Shown here piece after piece: positions 25,767-40,700 of a stretch of DNA of 64,000 nt; the first letter of the stretch is position 1, and each line of letters begins with the position of its first letter. The notes beneath the pieces are model-generated. The model was given only the letters and a program-made list of their open reading frames with translations. It was not told where the DNA came from and made no database searches. Made by a program: the position numbers and the translations under genes. Source of the DNA: Phoronis australis (taxonomy: Eukaryota > Animalia > Phoronida); contig NMRA01000003.1 of assembly GCA_002633005.1 (NCBI GenBank), forward strand, positions 1,792,727 to 1,856,726. The letters are read 5' to 3'.

Positions 25767-28700
25767 GTATTCAAAAGATTGTGTAAATGTTTGTGCTAAA
25801 ATATTACGGCTTGTATCATAAGACACTGCAATGACTTAAGGGGTTAACTAACAGGCCATGCTTTTTAAGGATATGGTGCTTGCATTTGCATATGGCCTGT
25901 GCTTATCGTCAGTGTGGATATCAGAATGACCCGGAGGAAATTGGATCGATATGATTATGAGTTAAAAGGGAGTGAAATATAAAGTCTGACTCATTTGGTG
26001 CCACTTTATTCCTCGAGTCGACTTACTTCATTGCTGGCAAGACAACAAAATGATGTAGCCTGCTATTCAGTGCAGTTAAAATAGAGAGCAATCAAATCTC
26101 AATTTTGAGTGTTACCTGTTTCCGACTTCTAATTTGCCGAATCTTTTATCCACTGCACACTGGTCTATATACACAGCTCATAACCAATTACCAGAAGTCA
26201 GTTTGCACTTCATAGTGTTGCTTTTTTATTACCAGTGAACTGAAAGGCCGAGGAACTTATGCTGTGGTGAAGTTGTTGTTGTTCGTGGAAATGGCTTTTG
26301 TCATTTGAAAATCTGACTTTTTGCTGCTAGTATGGGAACGTGATGCATTAGATTATGTTTCTCATACACAACCATAACGACGATCTTATTTGAATATCGG
26401 AGGCAGTGGCAAAAGTGAAATTACAAATGGTTGACCATGCTATATTTCATTATAAATTTCATTGCGGCAGCACCACAGAGTTGTGGGACACTGAAAATGC
26501 AAGCATCGCTTGAATTGCCAACTTTTCGCTCACATTATTCACCCTGCTATATTTATCAGGGTTCGTTTTTGGAAGCAGCCTGCCATTGGTGCATTCAGGA
26601 GAGTTGCTGGTGGGTTCATTGTGGTGTCTCGTTGCACATTTCAATGTATACTCACTGATGTCCACAACTTTTCCCATCTGAATTTTGTGTTCTTTGTTGA
26701 CACCGGTGGTGTGTATGAAATCTCAGCTCGCTGATCATCATAGAACTCATCTCATATATCAGACAACAGCAGTGCCAGTGTCAATTTGTCCACCATGCCT
26801 TATTCATACCAATTAGGATCTGAGCCATTCAACTTTGCTTGAAGTTTGTAGTAGTTGTCAGCTATTTAGCTGCAGCTATATTGTACCTTGCCAACAGTTG
26901 ATCTTGTTTTGTTGTTGTGTTTTCTTAAGGGGTGAGCGGCGAAGTTTGGTTCCCAATTAGAAGAATTTCCCAGACTGAATAGATTAAATATATGGTACTA
27001 TGTGCTTATCCACATGTGATAAGTTATTTGAACTGATGAATATGTTTGAGCCAGCTGTTAACACGTTATAAACTTTAAACCCCCTGGGCCCTGTTGCATG
27101 AAATCAAAGTCCCAAATGGGGACTCAAGTTGGTACCTTAAATATTCTGCATATTTGTGGACTTGTGAAAACACAGATTGCCTTGTCTCATGCTATTTTAG
27201 TTTCATTACTAAGTCAATTTTTGACTTAATTGATACAAATCGAGAATGAATTCTCAATATTGGCGAAAATAAATAAGGTTCTTTTCATGCAATGCCACTG
27301 ACGTAAGAACTAAGTCCCTATTTATTTTCATGGAATTTAGGGCTCGGATTTATCGTTACATTATTAGAAAGTGTCCTTAGTCAAAGAGGAACTCATAATA
27401 AAGATGAAATGATGGAAAAGGTCACATATGTGAGCAAAGAAAGACACAACTAGGCAAAAGATTTAGGGAACTTAGTTGAGTCCTTATTTGGACTGTTTCA
27501 TGCAAGCCAGCATGCACTCTGCCCAGATTGCAAAGGACGACCCTTATTGTATCTCTTGAGACACAGTCAATAATACAATTCAATTATAATTGCACAAGCT
27601 AGCAAATCCTCTGGTCTTACAATACCGATCGCTTAGCAACAGCATAGGTGTGTTAGTATGAAAAGTGTAGGTTGCCTAATGTCACAATTCATGTACCTTT
27701 ATTGTTTTCCTTAAAAAGTGCTTTACTGAACCTACTGTTAAATTAGTGTATTTTTTTGCAGTTGATTTTTCCTCTTCTGATCAACAGTGCCAACCATCAT
27801 GGCTGGCCGCACGTTGTGTCTCAGGATGTGCGTGCACATGCTGATATCATCAAAAGCAGCGTGTATGTGACATGCGGTCAAGCTCGAGGCAAGACTTTGT
27901 TACCATTACCACCAGGTGGCGTGATGGAGAGCTCAGATGAAGAAGATCAAGATGAAGAGTTTCCTAAGTATGGTAGAAACTATTGATCCGTATAGCCTAG
28001 CGCTATGAATGGCATTTTCTGGTTGGAACTGCTAATGTAAAGCCAATTCGGCATCTTGGCAAACCTATTGGGCTTCATCAATGGCAAATTCAATTTGGAA
28101 AAGCACTCGCACGCATTGTTCAACAATATCAGCATGCTGCGTGGTAATGCTATGTCATATTTGGTATCCAATATAACTTTGACACAACTGTGCCCAAGGC
28201 ATGGTTGCGTAAAAGTTGTATGTTGGATAGCAACAAGAACATCACATACTCATGTGCCATGTTGCCAGCATTGAGCCATGCATTTAACATTGTGCAACAA
28301 TTGAGCATTTCCAGCAGGTAGCTTTTAAAGTTTTATTCAACCTGGCCTAGGCCTTATGTAGAAATGTCCAAGTGAACAAGATAACCTTTTAAGTGCAAGA
28401 GAAATATTGGTTTCATGTGATACCAGACATTCTCAAAGGACCTGTGTAGTTGGTTTCACAGGAAGTGAATACTAATTATACTTGTCATACTAGCCTTTCA
28501 TGGTATTATGGTGTAAACTTTTACATTTCAGAGACAAAGAGGCTGGCATGAGACGACTAATTCATGAGATAGAATCAACTGTTGTAGAATGGAGTGTTCA
28601 AATACGTGAAGTTTTAAAGCGATCATCAGCTCAACCTCTGTTGAGTGGTCTTCATCCTACCCCCGACTTTGAAATTGATTTTTGGAAGAACAGAGCTGAA

Positions 28701-31700
28701 AACCTTCGTAGTATCTACAATCAGGTTTGTATTTATACAAACACAAGTGGAACAACTTTCAACTTAATTCTGCCATTTTGATTAATTTTGTTAGGTAACT
28801 AAAAGACATGTCCAACTCATGTATTATGCTAATTACAACTGCTTGGTCAGTTAGTGCACAGACGGGTGGGTGTATTTTTTGGTTGCATGGTGGGTTGAGT
28901 GGTGTTCCTATCCAGCTCTTGATCAACAAATGTCTCTTGTAGTGCATGCCAAGTATGTCCCATTTAATTTTGTAATAGTTGTTCACTGCCATAGGGGTAA
29001 GATATATACAATCCTATGCCTCAGCAAGTTCCATCATGTCACACTTTTTTTTAGCTGAAGAACGACAGGGTGAAGAAGATGATTATACTGTTAGAGGACA
29101 AGGAAAGCAGTTACTTCCCAGCATTTAAAGACATGTTTCGTGAGATTGTGGCAGGTATAAATTGAAAAGTTTCATGAAAAACATGACTTTCATTAATATA
29201 CATAGTACACATGCACCTCTGAAATACATACTTCAGCTTAAAGCAGTAGGAAGACCGCATTCCGCCAAAGAAACTAACTTCCTTACTCGGATGAGAGGTA
29301 ATTTTGGGTTTTTGCGCAGTTATCGATCAAGACCACGCTCGGCAAATATGGCACGCTGTGACGAGAAATCAGCTTTGGGTGCTTTAGTTCAAGCCATAAC
29401 AAACTGCCCATTCTTTCCAAGTCTAGAAATCACACCCATTTTTGCAAAGGAAGAATTTGAGACTAAATAGTAAGTGGACTAAATAGTAAGTGGACTAAAT
29501 TTTAAGTGGACTAAATCAAAAAATGTTTTTTGTGAGAGGAAGCTGGTTTTGTAACTGCTTTAAACTTTTATTCTCCTTTTCTAAGTCTCAGTCAGTGTAC
29601 CACGTTTATTCTAATTTTCCATATACTTTCCTCAGCGTTATATGAAGCAGAAGACATTAGTATGTATCTCAACACTCTGGCCAGCCGCTACACAGAAATA
29701 GAGAATGATGACTGGGCAAATTTCCCCAATCACATCGATCCTCTTTTCCACAACATATGCCTGATCTGGGGATTTTCCAAATACTACAGCACACCAGCAC
29801 ATATCGTAGTGCTTCTTCAGGAAACGTGCAACTTTCTGATCAATCTGGTAAGTAAAACCCGGTTTGCATCTATTTACAGTCTTCACAGCCTACATTTCAT
29901 TGTTAAGGCTATGTACAAAATCATAGCTTTTAAAACAGTAAAAGTAGAGAACTTCTAGAATATGACTTTTGACCAGTCCGGAATTAATTCATGTCTTTTT
30001 GTTTAAAATTTAACAAAAAGGAAAGGTTTGTTGATAACAAAACAACGGTATAAATAACATGACTAAATACAAAAACAGTGTTAATGCCCGTTACATCGAG
30101 CTGAAACAGCAAACTTCAAATAGCCATATGAACTCCATTGGTTGCTTGGTTTTATTATGTGTCAGTGATAAAAGACGCTATCTGGGGTTGGGAACCAGTA
30201 TTTGAAAATAGTTACGTTACCGTTACTCATTCTATCAATTTGATAACAACACCGATTCTACCTATTTGGTCTGTACCAAGTATTTTTGTTTCAGTACATA
30301 CTAGTATTTTTGTTTTGGTATATTGTGCAATAAAGGCACTGTCAACTGGTGCCCTATCCTAGCTATGTCCACCCCAAAACAGGAACCAAAATCATGGTTT
30401 TCAAAGGTGATGCTGCATGTGTCTCTAAACATCACTTTTTAAATTAAGTTTGTAGCCACTTGTATCTACAACTTATGACTTTAACTTTTGTTATGTATAT
30501 TTTGATTTTAATTTATTGTTAGAATTCCAAGTTCAGTCTTTGTGGTATATCTGATATTTCTCATGTCTAGGCAAAAACACATTTGGACCCTGAAAACATA
30601 CTGAAAGGGGAAGACATAGAAGAATCATTGGAAAAAGTCAAGTCAACAATTACGAATTTGCAAGCTATTTATGTGTCTTACAATGACCACCGCAACAAGC
30701 TTGACATATACTTCAAGATGGCTGAGGACCATGAAGAAGAAAACACTGGGGTCCGACCGTCCCTCAAAATCAAGCCATGGGAATTCTCCAGTGATCTCGT
30801 TTTTTGTCGCTTTGATGTATTTATTGAGAGAGTTAAGACTATCAAGGTTAGTCTTGGGTCACAATGCTCGTGGAGCTAGATACACTGTTTGTTTTTCCAT
30901 GTTCCTCATTAGAATTTGTAAAATTTCACTACTCAGAGTGCCTGATATGACTCAAAGCTGGAAAAAAAATAGAAAAAATGATGTTGTGTCAATTCATTGT
31001 AATTTTTTTTTTTGGTTTTCCAAAAAGCTTACTTTTTCTTAATCATTTGTCCAAAAATACTGTAAAACCTCCTGTATTGTAATACAAGTCATCAATAAGA
31101 ACAAGGCTGACTAGATTTGTACTTTGTTTTTGACCTATGGTAAATGTGCAATATTCCATCATAATTTCATTTTCACATCAAAAGAAATAACTTATTAAGC
31201 TTAAACAAAAGTGTGGCCCGGATATGACGTTCATTTGTATTAGATTTCAAATTGTGTGTAGAGACCCGGGTTTTCCATTTTCGAAAGCAGTAATCCATTT
31301 TAGTAAAATAAAAATTCCGTTTTTTCTTTATTTTGTAGAAAAGCAAATTCCGTTTTACCATAGCACAATGATAAATAACATAAACTTGACCTGAGAATTG
31401 CCCTACTTTTCAGCTGCCACAGCTCTGTTTTACTGATTGCTTACTGCACGCCATGTTTATTGCTTTTCAAAACTGGAAAAACAGTGCCACCTTCAGAAAG
31501 GAGGAACAACTACTTGAACATGTCTGCTGCAAAACTATCATGGATCGATTTGTGACCAGAATATGTCGAACATAAGAACTGGATGTAAATTTTATTTTGA
31601 AATCATAATTCTGTGACAGAAGTCTAAGAATTCCGTCCGTTTTCCATTATTGCGAAAAAATAGGGTCTCTGTGATTTCATAAAACTTGATCAGTACATGG

Positions 31701-34700
31701 CTGAGAAATAAACTAAAGTGTGTTGTCACCTGAAAATTTATGCAACAGAATTCTCCAGTTGAGTTTGAATTTGAAATCTCAAGTTTGTACTCAATTTTCT
31801 AGCTTGCACTTAGGGACCATTAAGTGCGATCTTTTGATATCTATTGCTGTGTTAGTCACCTGCTCAAGCACTAGAAAAATCCTTATGGTGACTTTCTAGT
31901 TGAACATATACGTCTCTCATTTAAGTGGTGAAATTTAGAAGCTTCGTCGTTATTGTGACTTTGTATGTCTTGAATACTGGTATTTCCCAAATGAATACTT
32001 TTGTGTTCTTGTTCCTACAGGAGTTGTTTGAAACTGCCATTGAATTTCTCAAATTAGAGAAGGTGGACTTTGGCGGGCACAAGGGTCGCATGTTGAGCGC
32101 ACAGATGTTTGATCTGTTTGGTGAATTTCATGCCCTCTACCAGATGTTTAGTCAGCGTACGTACGACTGCTTGGATGTTGACTGCAAGGTATTGTGGAAT
32201 TAAGCTTATTTGAATTTATTTTACTAATTTTTACTTATATTACTTGGGGATTCTGAACCCGTATTATATCCACACAAATCTGGAGACGATGTGTGACTGA
32301 AAGTGACTGTCAACTTAGTTCTACCACCTTTTGACTTGGACCATGTTTGGGGCATAAGTTGACACGCTGCGGTGACAAGCCAACTTGTACATCCTGCTTT
32401 CAAACACTAAGTGTCAGTTCTTTCAAAGCCCTAAAATTCGAAACCAATGTCATTACAGCAATTTTTGTGATGATAGCGAGGTCTATAATAGGTGCTTTAA
32501 TAACGCTTCTTTCAAAAGTTTCAGGTATTACGAAATTTCAAAACTCTTGATATAAAATTCATTAGTCCTTTCCGTGCTCTCTCATACACTGGATGGACAG
32601 CTAGTTTTCAATTACTTTCATGAATACTGTCAATCTTAAGCACCCGCAGCAAATGAAAGCTTTATGGTGTTTCTTTTCTATTTTTGTGACCATGTGTCAC
32701 ACTAATACGATCTTGCTGGCAAAATGCCAGATTTGCCTTTGATATCCTGCTGAAACGCACCTACAATCCAAATAAAAATGTTCCTCTATAGTTTCTGGGG
32801 TAAAGAAAGTTATTGTGGTCATTTATACTCGTAAAACAACTTCACTTCGGGTCTATTGTTTCCTTTTCTGGTCATGTTACAGGAATTTGAAAGTGACTAT
32901 GCGTACTTTAAAGAACACGTGTCCGACATGGACAAACGGCTCGGCTGCATCCTGCTTCTTGGCTTTGATGACTGTTCAGGTCTCGAGTCCATCTTCAAGG
33001 TAACTCTGCGCTCAGTCATGCATGATGCCTTTCAAAGTCATACTCGAAGTTCATTGATTTTGTATATTCAACAACTCGACAGTTTATGAAAAGTGATTTT
33101 CTTATCCCATGTAAGTAACAAAAACATTGTAGAGATGTAGTTGCTTTTTATGTTTGGCACTTCCGGTAAAAAAGTTGATGAGAATTGCATACTAAGAGGG
33201 TCTTGTACTTTTCAAAGTGTGCATGTTGTTGTTTTGTGTTGATTTGGAATGCTCTGTCATGGCAATATGGTTTTGTCTTGTACACATCATGTGAGATGTA
33301 TTCTATTGCAACAAGCTTTGTAGTGTTATCCAAAGCAAAATAATGTAATGCTGTTATCTTTGTCATGCTTGCAGATGGTGCACATTTTCCAAAGCATGAT
33401 TGACCGAGAGATTGTTGGAGAGATATTTGATCCCAAGTTTCCAGTAATCCTTGCAAAAATGAGCGAAGAACTGGACTTGGTGAAAGAGATCTTTGACGAG
33501 CAGGTAGCCTTAATCAAGGAGACTGGCGACTGCCCCGTGCACAAGAACTTTCCAAAAGTGGCCGGGCGACTCAAGTGGGCCTCAGAGCTACGAGCCCGAA
33601 TTTCCATACCCATGGACAGTTTCAAGAGTCTTGAACATGCGTATGTAGTGTTTCACTAACACAGTTAAACAGCTGTTGTATCAGTCAGTTTAAATCATTG
33701 GCAGCTACACTCAACCAATCAGTAATTTGTACCCACTCAGCGAATGTTTTAACCACCACCCACCACATATGAGAACAAGTCTTGGGTATATTTCATGAAC
33801 AGAATGAATGCAAAAATTGCTTTTTTTCATTTTTCAAGGTTATGGAATATTGTTGTGAATGCCCGCGCTTTTTTCAAAGGTGTCGTTTATTGGTACCTAT
33901 GCTACATCACCTGGACACGGAAAGGCATTAGTTGGAGGCTACATATGTTTTATAGAAAGTACCGGAAAATAAAATTTCAATTATCTGCCATATTGTATGG
34001 ATGAGATTTCACTGTAGTATGTCTTAATACATCTTAATGTTTGTGATCTGCTGCTAATATGTACTCCAGTACACCATATCTTCATTGCCCGTAAATTTTT
34101 AGTCACATACCCTATGTTCTTGGTACCTAAATGTTTAGCCGCGCTTCCTTTTGTACTTAACTAACTTACCCTACCTTCTCTGTACCTAAATGTTTAGCCG
34201 CACTTCCTTTTGTACTTAACTAACTTACCCTACCTTCTCTGTACCTAAATGTTTAGCCGCACTTCCTTTTGTACTTAACTAACTTACCCTACCTTCTCTG
34301 TACATAAATGTTCAGCCACATTGTCTTCCTTTTGTGCTTAGTTAACGCACCGTATGTTCTTAGTACATAATTGTTTAACCCGCACAGTTCATTTTGTATT
34401 AAGAAATTGTGCATTTGATCTATTGCATGTTGCATCCGATGTGCGTAGGCTGCTCATCCATTCTACCACACACCTGAATCCATTTTTTTCGTTCATTGGT
34501 AAACAAAAATAGCACATTATAGACATGTACACAATTAAAAACCAAGCTGAGGAGCTAGAGACCTGACTCAAAGGTCTAGTAATGGGGTCCAGTGGTATTC
34601 CAAACTAAATGCTGTGAATAATTCGTTTACTAGGAAAACGCGCATTTCTAAAGATATGCGAGAATTTTCACCACAGTGCTCTTTATGAGAGGCTTACACC

Positions 34701-37700
34701 GGAATCAAAGAGAATGTGGCATCAGAGTCGGACACAGTTGCGATGACTACATTGTCCGGTGCGAGCAAGACCTAATTAAGTGTAATTACCCGGTCGTAAA
34801 ATGTAGTAAACATCTCAGCCTGTATATACTGGTGAATTTTCGAAATAAATGAACCACTGTCCAATAATTTTCATTAAAAAGAAATATTGCGGTGGTTTTC
34901 TGCTGAAAAAATCAACGCAGTATTGGTTTTGATTTTTAAATACCAATGAACTAGTATTCTAAAAGCTACAAACATTGGTTATGGAATTGAGATAAATGAC
35001 CTTGTGTATTGATATACTTGGAATATTTACAAACGCTGATCATAATGAACAATATCACGTGCCTTATTCTTTTAGTATACAACTAAACTACTTTACAGCA
35101 AATATAAACAACACATGGTTACCAAATCAAATGTCAACAGCTTTTAAGACGACGCTTATCACCCAGTTGTGTCAAACTATTTTATTCGAAGAGTAGCATG
35201 CTAACCAGAAAACTGATATTCGGTAATTAGCTGGTGATGAGACGTGTGTTGTGAAGACTAACTATGGCTATTTTCAAAGTCAATTGGAAAATTCAGGCAA
35301 TAGTAATGGGGGCCGGCGGGTGAGAGCTGGCTTCTAAGTTTCACTGACGATCAAAATCTGCCGACTGTTTTGACACTCCAAGCTTAAAAATAAAATCAAA
35401 AGATAGCAAACCTGTGGAAACAAAGAAGACTGGAGTATTACAACTAAAATGACAAAAATTGTTCTATAACATATTTAAAACCAACGTATGTCATTTGGGA
35501 TGTGGCCCTTTGTCAAGATAAATCCAAGTTACCGTTTTTCTTTATGTTGCAATATTTAAAATGTACCATGAAATCAAACGGTACTTTAGTCATTTCAAGC
35601 TGTAACTGTGCAAATGCCAGAGAAAACTAATTTGGGTGTAACAGCAACCACCACATTCAGAAAGTAGTGCTGGCCACTACATTTCCGTTTTGTTAGGTTA
35701 GATCTACATGAATACAAAGGGCGGGCTAAATAGGCATTATAAAAGTTGTCCGAGGGCAAAGTGAATGTCAGCGGTGACCAGTGCAAGCGAGAAATTCTCC
35801 ACACGTACGACATGGTGAGCAGGAGGCAGACACTCAGCCCACTAGGACACATTGCCTCCTCCATTTTGTATTAAGCAAAGAGGCGCATTTGCTTCGTGAA
35901 ATTACTGATGTACATGATTACAATGTTTTTTTTATTTCAGAATTGTGAAAAGTGAAGAAGCAGAGCATCTATATAGAAAGTACGACCAAATGATGCAGCT
36001 TATATCACAGTAGGTATTTCATGAGAATGTCGTTTTCAAATTGGCTCACACCTTTATTCAAATTTAGGATGCTACTGGCAAGATCCTATGGAGTTTTATG
36101 TGACATTTTTTGAAAACGTGAAAAATTTTCGTTGGAATACCTTGGATAGTAATGTTACAGGAAATGTACTCAATTTAACCAACAAGCAAACTAAGTAAAC
36201 TCAGTTTTTATGCGATTACATATTTATATATGATCAACATATGTCTCGAATGATATATAATAATTCGTGCGTCGCAAGCGCGTTTACGGGAGATGAAACC
36301 AAGACTGCCGCTGCTCTATCTCCAAAACCCTTTCGTGTATGTTCATGAAATTTTGCTCATGTGTTCCTTTCATAATGGAACGGCATGAGTGAACTTTTGG
36401 ACGAATACGACTATAGTTGTGCTCCCTAGTGGCAATTTTAGTTTTTTATATTTTCCTCCTTCAAAGGTCCTCAACGGATTTTCATTAGTGAGATGACACT
36501 ATCCTCCCGTTTTGGGATCAATTGGAGGTATTCTGTGCCACCTAGTGGTCATTTTTATTGTTTTTGTGGGCACCCCTATCAGCCAAACAATTCTAAGGAA
36601 GATTGTGAAAATTGGCATGTATGTTGTTTTTATGAAGCGGTCTGCTGGCGATTATTTTCCGACGACTTGAACTACTCATTGGTGCCTCCTAGTGGCAGTT
36701 TTGTTTTTCTCTGCACCCATGGCTGTATCTCCTAAACACTCCTCAGGATCTTTACTAAATTTAGCTAGTGTGTGTATATGAAGTTGACAGTGAATAACTA
36801 TGACTTAGGGATTAGACTACCGGTGTGCCCCCCCCCTCCCGTGGCAATTTTAGTTTTTACATTTTCTGGATCTTCAAAGGTCCTTTACGGATTTTCATAA
36901 AATTTGACATCTAGGCATCTATTGGTGAGATGACGCTATCCTCTCGTTTTTGGATTGATTCGAGTTATTTTGCACCACCTAGTGGACATTTTTGCTGTTT
37001 TTGAGTCTGTTTTTTGGCATCCGCCCCTCTATCAACTAAACCACTCTAAGGATGATTGTGATAATTGGCATATTTTATGTTCTTAGTGTGAAGAGGATGG
37101 TTGACAATGTCGATTTTACTACTGTGGCATTGAGCTTCTACTGGCAGTTTTTTTTTTTGCTACAATAGCTGTATCTCCTAAACCCACTACAGGATCGTTA
37201 TTAAATTTAGCAATTGTATTCATATGAAGTTGACAATAGATGGCAACGATTTTCAGATGGATCTGATGAATGCTATGCACCCTAGTAGCAATTTCAATTT
37301 TTTCTGTTTTCATTTGTTTCTCTGAAGTTCCTTAACAGATTTTTATGAAATTTGGTTAATAGCTTTCTATTAAAAAACGATGGCATGTTCCTGTTTTTGG
37401 ATGGATTAGATGCATTTTACGCCATCTAGTGGCCATTTTTATGATACAAACACCCCTACAACCACAGCTTTTGCCGTCCATTCGTGGGCGCCTTTCAACG
37501 CTCTGCGTTACTCTTGTTGTTGTTTCACAATATGCACAAATATTTTGGTGATATTATTTATCCTCAGTGTCTTGTGCAATGAGCAAAAGACAATGACCAA
37601 TGCACGGGAAAGCTATTGGTTGGTTGCTTGCAGGTTTGAGGATACCGAGTACTCGGCATGGACTGCAGGAGTTGATAAGGCTTGTGAAACCAATCTGAAT

Positions 37701-40700
37701 CTACCACTGTTAACTCGAAACCCAAGTACTGAACTCATGTCCCTCAACTTCAACCCGGCAGTAAGCTAACACAGTTGGTTACAATTTATCTTTAGTTTGA
37801 AAATGTTATCATCTCAGTAAGTTCTTGTCAAACTTAAACACTTGTGTTTGCATGCGATGTATGGGACTACTTTATTAGTAGTTGGACAAGGTCTCCTACC
37901 TCTCTCCCTGCCAAGGTTTTGTAAACATGCATTTTCAAATGCCAAGTAACTTTTGAGGATGTGTATAATATTGGTTGCGATGATTGAAGCACTCTGAAAT
38001 TGTTATCTGTTGGTGGATTGTTATGATGATTTCGGCGTAAAATGTACTTACATCATTTTATTATGCGCCCACATATTTATATGTGGACGCATTATGCAGT
38101 CATCTCCGTCCGTCCGGGCGGCGTCTGTTCGGCATCTGCTGCTTTATCTCCAAAACCCTTTGACATGCGTTCATGAAATTTGGCACATATGTTCCATTCA
38201 TGAATGGGACAGCATGTGCGAACTTTCGGACAGATCCGAGTACCGGTGTGCCCCCTAGTGGCAATTTTAGTTTTTTACGCTTACCTTAGTATCTTCAAAC
38301 GTCCTGAACGGATTTTCATGAAATTTGGTATGTAGGCACCTATTAGTGAGATGACGCTATCCTCCCGTTTTCAGATGGATTTGACATAGTTTGCGCCACC
38401 TAGTGGCCATTTTTACTGTTTTCGAGTCTGTATTTTTGCGTCCACCCCTCTATCAACCAAACCGCTCAAAGGATGATTGTGAAAATTGGCATGTATGTGC
38501 TTACTATAAAGAGGACAGCTGACAATGATTTTCAGACGATTTGGACTACTGTGGCACCTCCTAGTGGCAGTTTTGTTTTTTTTTGCGCCTATGGCTGTAT
38601 CTCCTAAACTGTTCGCAGGATCTTTACTAAATTTTAGCAAGTGTATTTATGTGATGTTGACAACGGACGATGACGACTTTAGGATGATTCTGACTACCAG
38701 TATGCCTCTAGTGGCAACTTAAGTATTTTACATTGACCTCTGTATTTTCATAGGTCTTCAGGTGTATACTTTGTGTTACTTCGTGACTTTGAAGGAAAAG
38801 TTCCAAGTAGAAATTTGTTTCTGGCATTCTAATGCTGTGCTGTGTTTAATTCTATGTTTCTGTGGTGCTTTAAGCAACTGATGTATAGGATGTGCTTGTA
38901 TTATGAAGATCACTCACATTTTGCCCCTAGCCTATTGAGGAGACAATGACCATGCCTTTCCATTTTGCAAAGTACAACATACTACATATATGCCCTCTAC
39001 TGGCGACTTTATGGTACCAATAAACAACCCTAGAAGGATACCGTATACGGTGCAATTGTGGGCGCATTTCAATGCTCTGCATTGCTCTTGTGATGTAATT
39101 GAGGCAGGTCAGTCGCTAGTACAGTATTCGAAGACTATATTAACAATTTTATGTAGGTTTTCATTAGAATTTCACACCCAGTGTACATAACTCGTTTCAC
39201 GTCTGACATGTCAAACTTGCTTCGGAATCATTTTGAATTTCAGTCAATTAAACCTCAATGCTGTACAGTTTAGAGGTCGCTGCATTAACTGCAATTTGGC
39301 AAGTTAGCCATCAACGGAAATGTTTTCAAAAAAACTCGTAAAAATCTGAAATTTTCAATTGGCTTTCAATCAAAATTCGGTAAGGCTGTATTTCTACTGC
39401 CAAATGAATGTCATTAAATGATCGTTATCTCTCATGAAATTGAGAATTAATTAGGTCTAGTTTGTAAAAGGAAATTTGCTTTGAATACATACTTGGCATT
39501 TTCAACTCTTCATTTTGTATCTGTGGCATATTATGATTACAGAACTTGGAAAATACAAACAAATGTGTCATTTGTTTGAAGTGCCTGGCATAAAGGACAT
39601 CAGACATAAGACATTCAGACCAGTCCTGTTGTGCGAATACACAGCGTATGATTATGTGGTGTGAACGAAATGACAAAAACAGTTTGAATTCCATACAGAC
39701 CCCACTCCCCAATCGACCTTCTAGACTTCCATCCATCAACACTTCAACCCTTGCCTCTGTCGCCCCCTGGAGGTTCCTATCTGTCGTCCCCCTTACTGAC
39801 TACTGTTGTATGTGTTGCCATGAGATAAGGTTGTCAATCCTTGATATAATGGAATTATTTGTTTTTGTCAGCTCGTTGCTGTCCTGCGAGAAGTGAGATA
39901 CTTGAAAATTCGTGAAACTGACAACATCCCCGAGAGTGCTGCCTCACTCTTCAGGGAGAATGAGACACTACTTCAGTACCTGTCTAACCTTGACTCCACT
40001 GTCGGCTGGTACAACAAGATACGTAAGACTACCGTACATGTTGAGTTGCCACTCATTCAAAATCAACTCGCCGAGATTGATGAGCAGTTGGAACGTGCCG
40101 AGGGAGAGCTCAACTGGAAGAGTGAAGGTAAACTGGTCATCGCATGTTAGTCTATTTATCTATTTGTCAAACATGTTTTTCTTGCCCAGATTTTGTCAAT
40201 CTGTGAAGATATGTTTTGTTGCACTTTTTCATGTGTGTCTTGTAGAAAATTGGGAGTACATCCAAAAGACGCGCAACATGGTGTGCGATCTTCAGCAGCG
40301 CCTACAGCAGAGTAAGGACAACGTGGAGAAGATCCGTCAGATGATGACACACTTCACCACAGTGAATCTGCTGGACAGGAGAGATAACAAGTCAGAATCA
40401 CTACTGAACCTGGACGACAAGGAGGAACGACTCAACAAACGTTATCATTACATCACAGAAGCTGGAAACAAGATTCACAAACTGGTTGAGGTAGGGCGCT
40501 CTGATAGTTCGTAAACTACTGCACTCAAGCTACGTAAAATTGATTTTGCCTTCAATATTTCTTTTGTTGAAATTGCAGAGTTGTTGCGATGCGACAGGTA
40601 TTTAAAGTAAATCCATCTTTCCATCTGACGCCAGTATTGTTGCTCCAGGAGAACAGACAGTTGCTATGTGTTGAAGATGCACAAGATGAGTCATGGCGTG

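Noticed and set aside
26431-26760. Three overlapping short ORFs in dynein intron 1 (nested gene or retroelement relic)
   Set aside because: No motif I can identify with confidence
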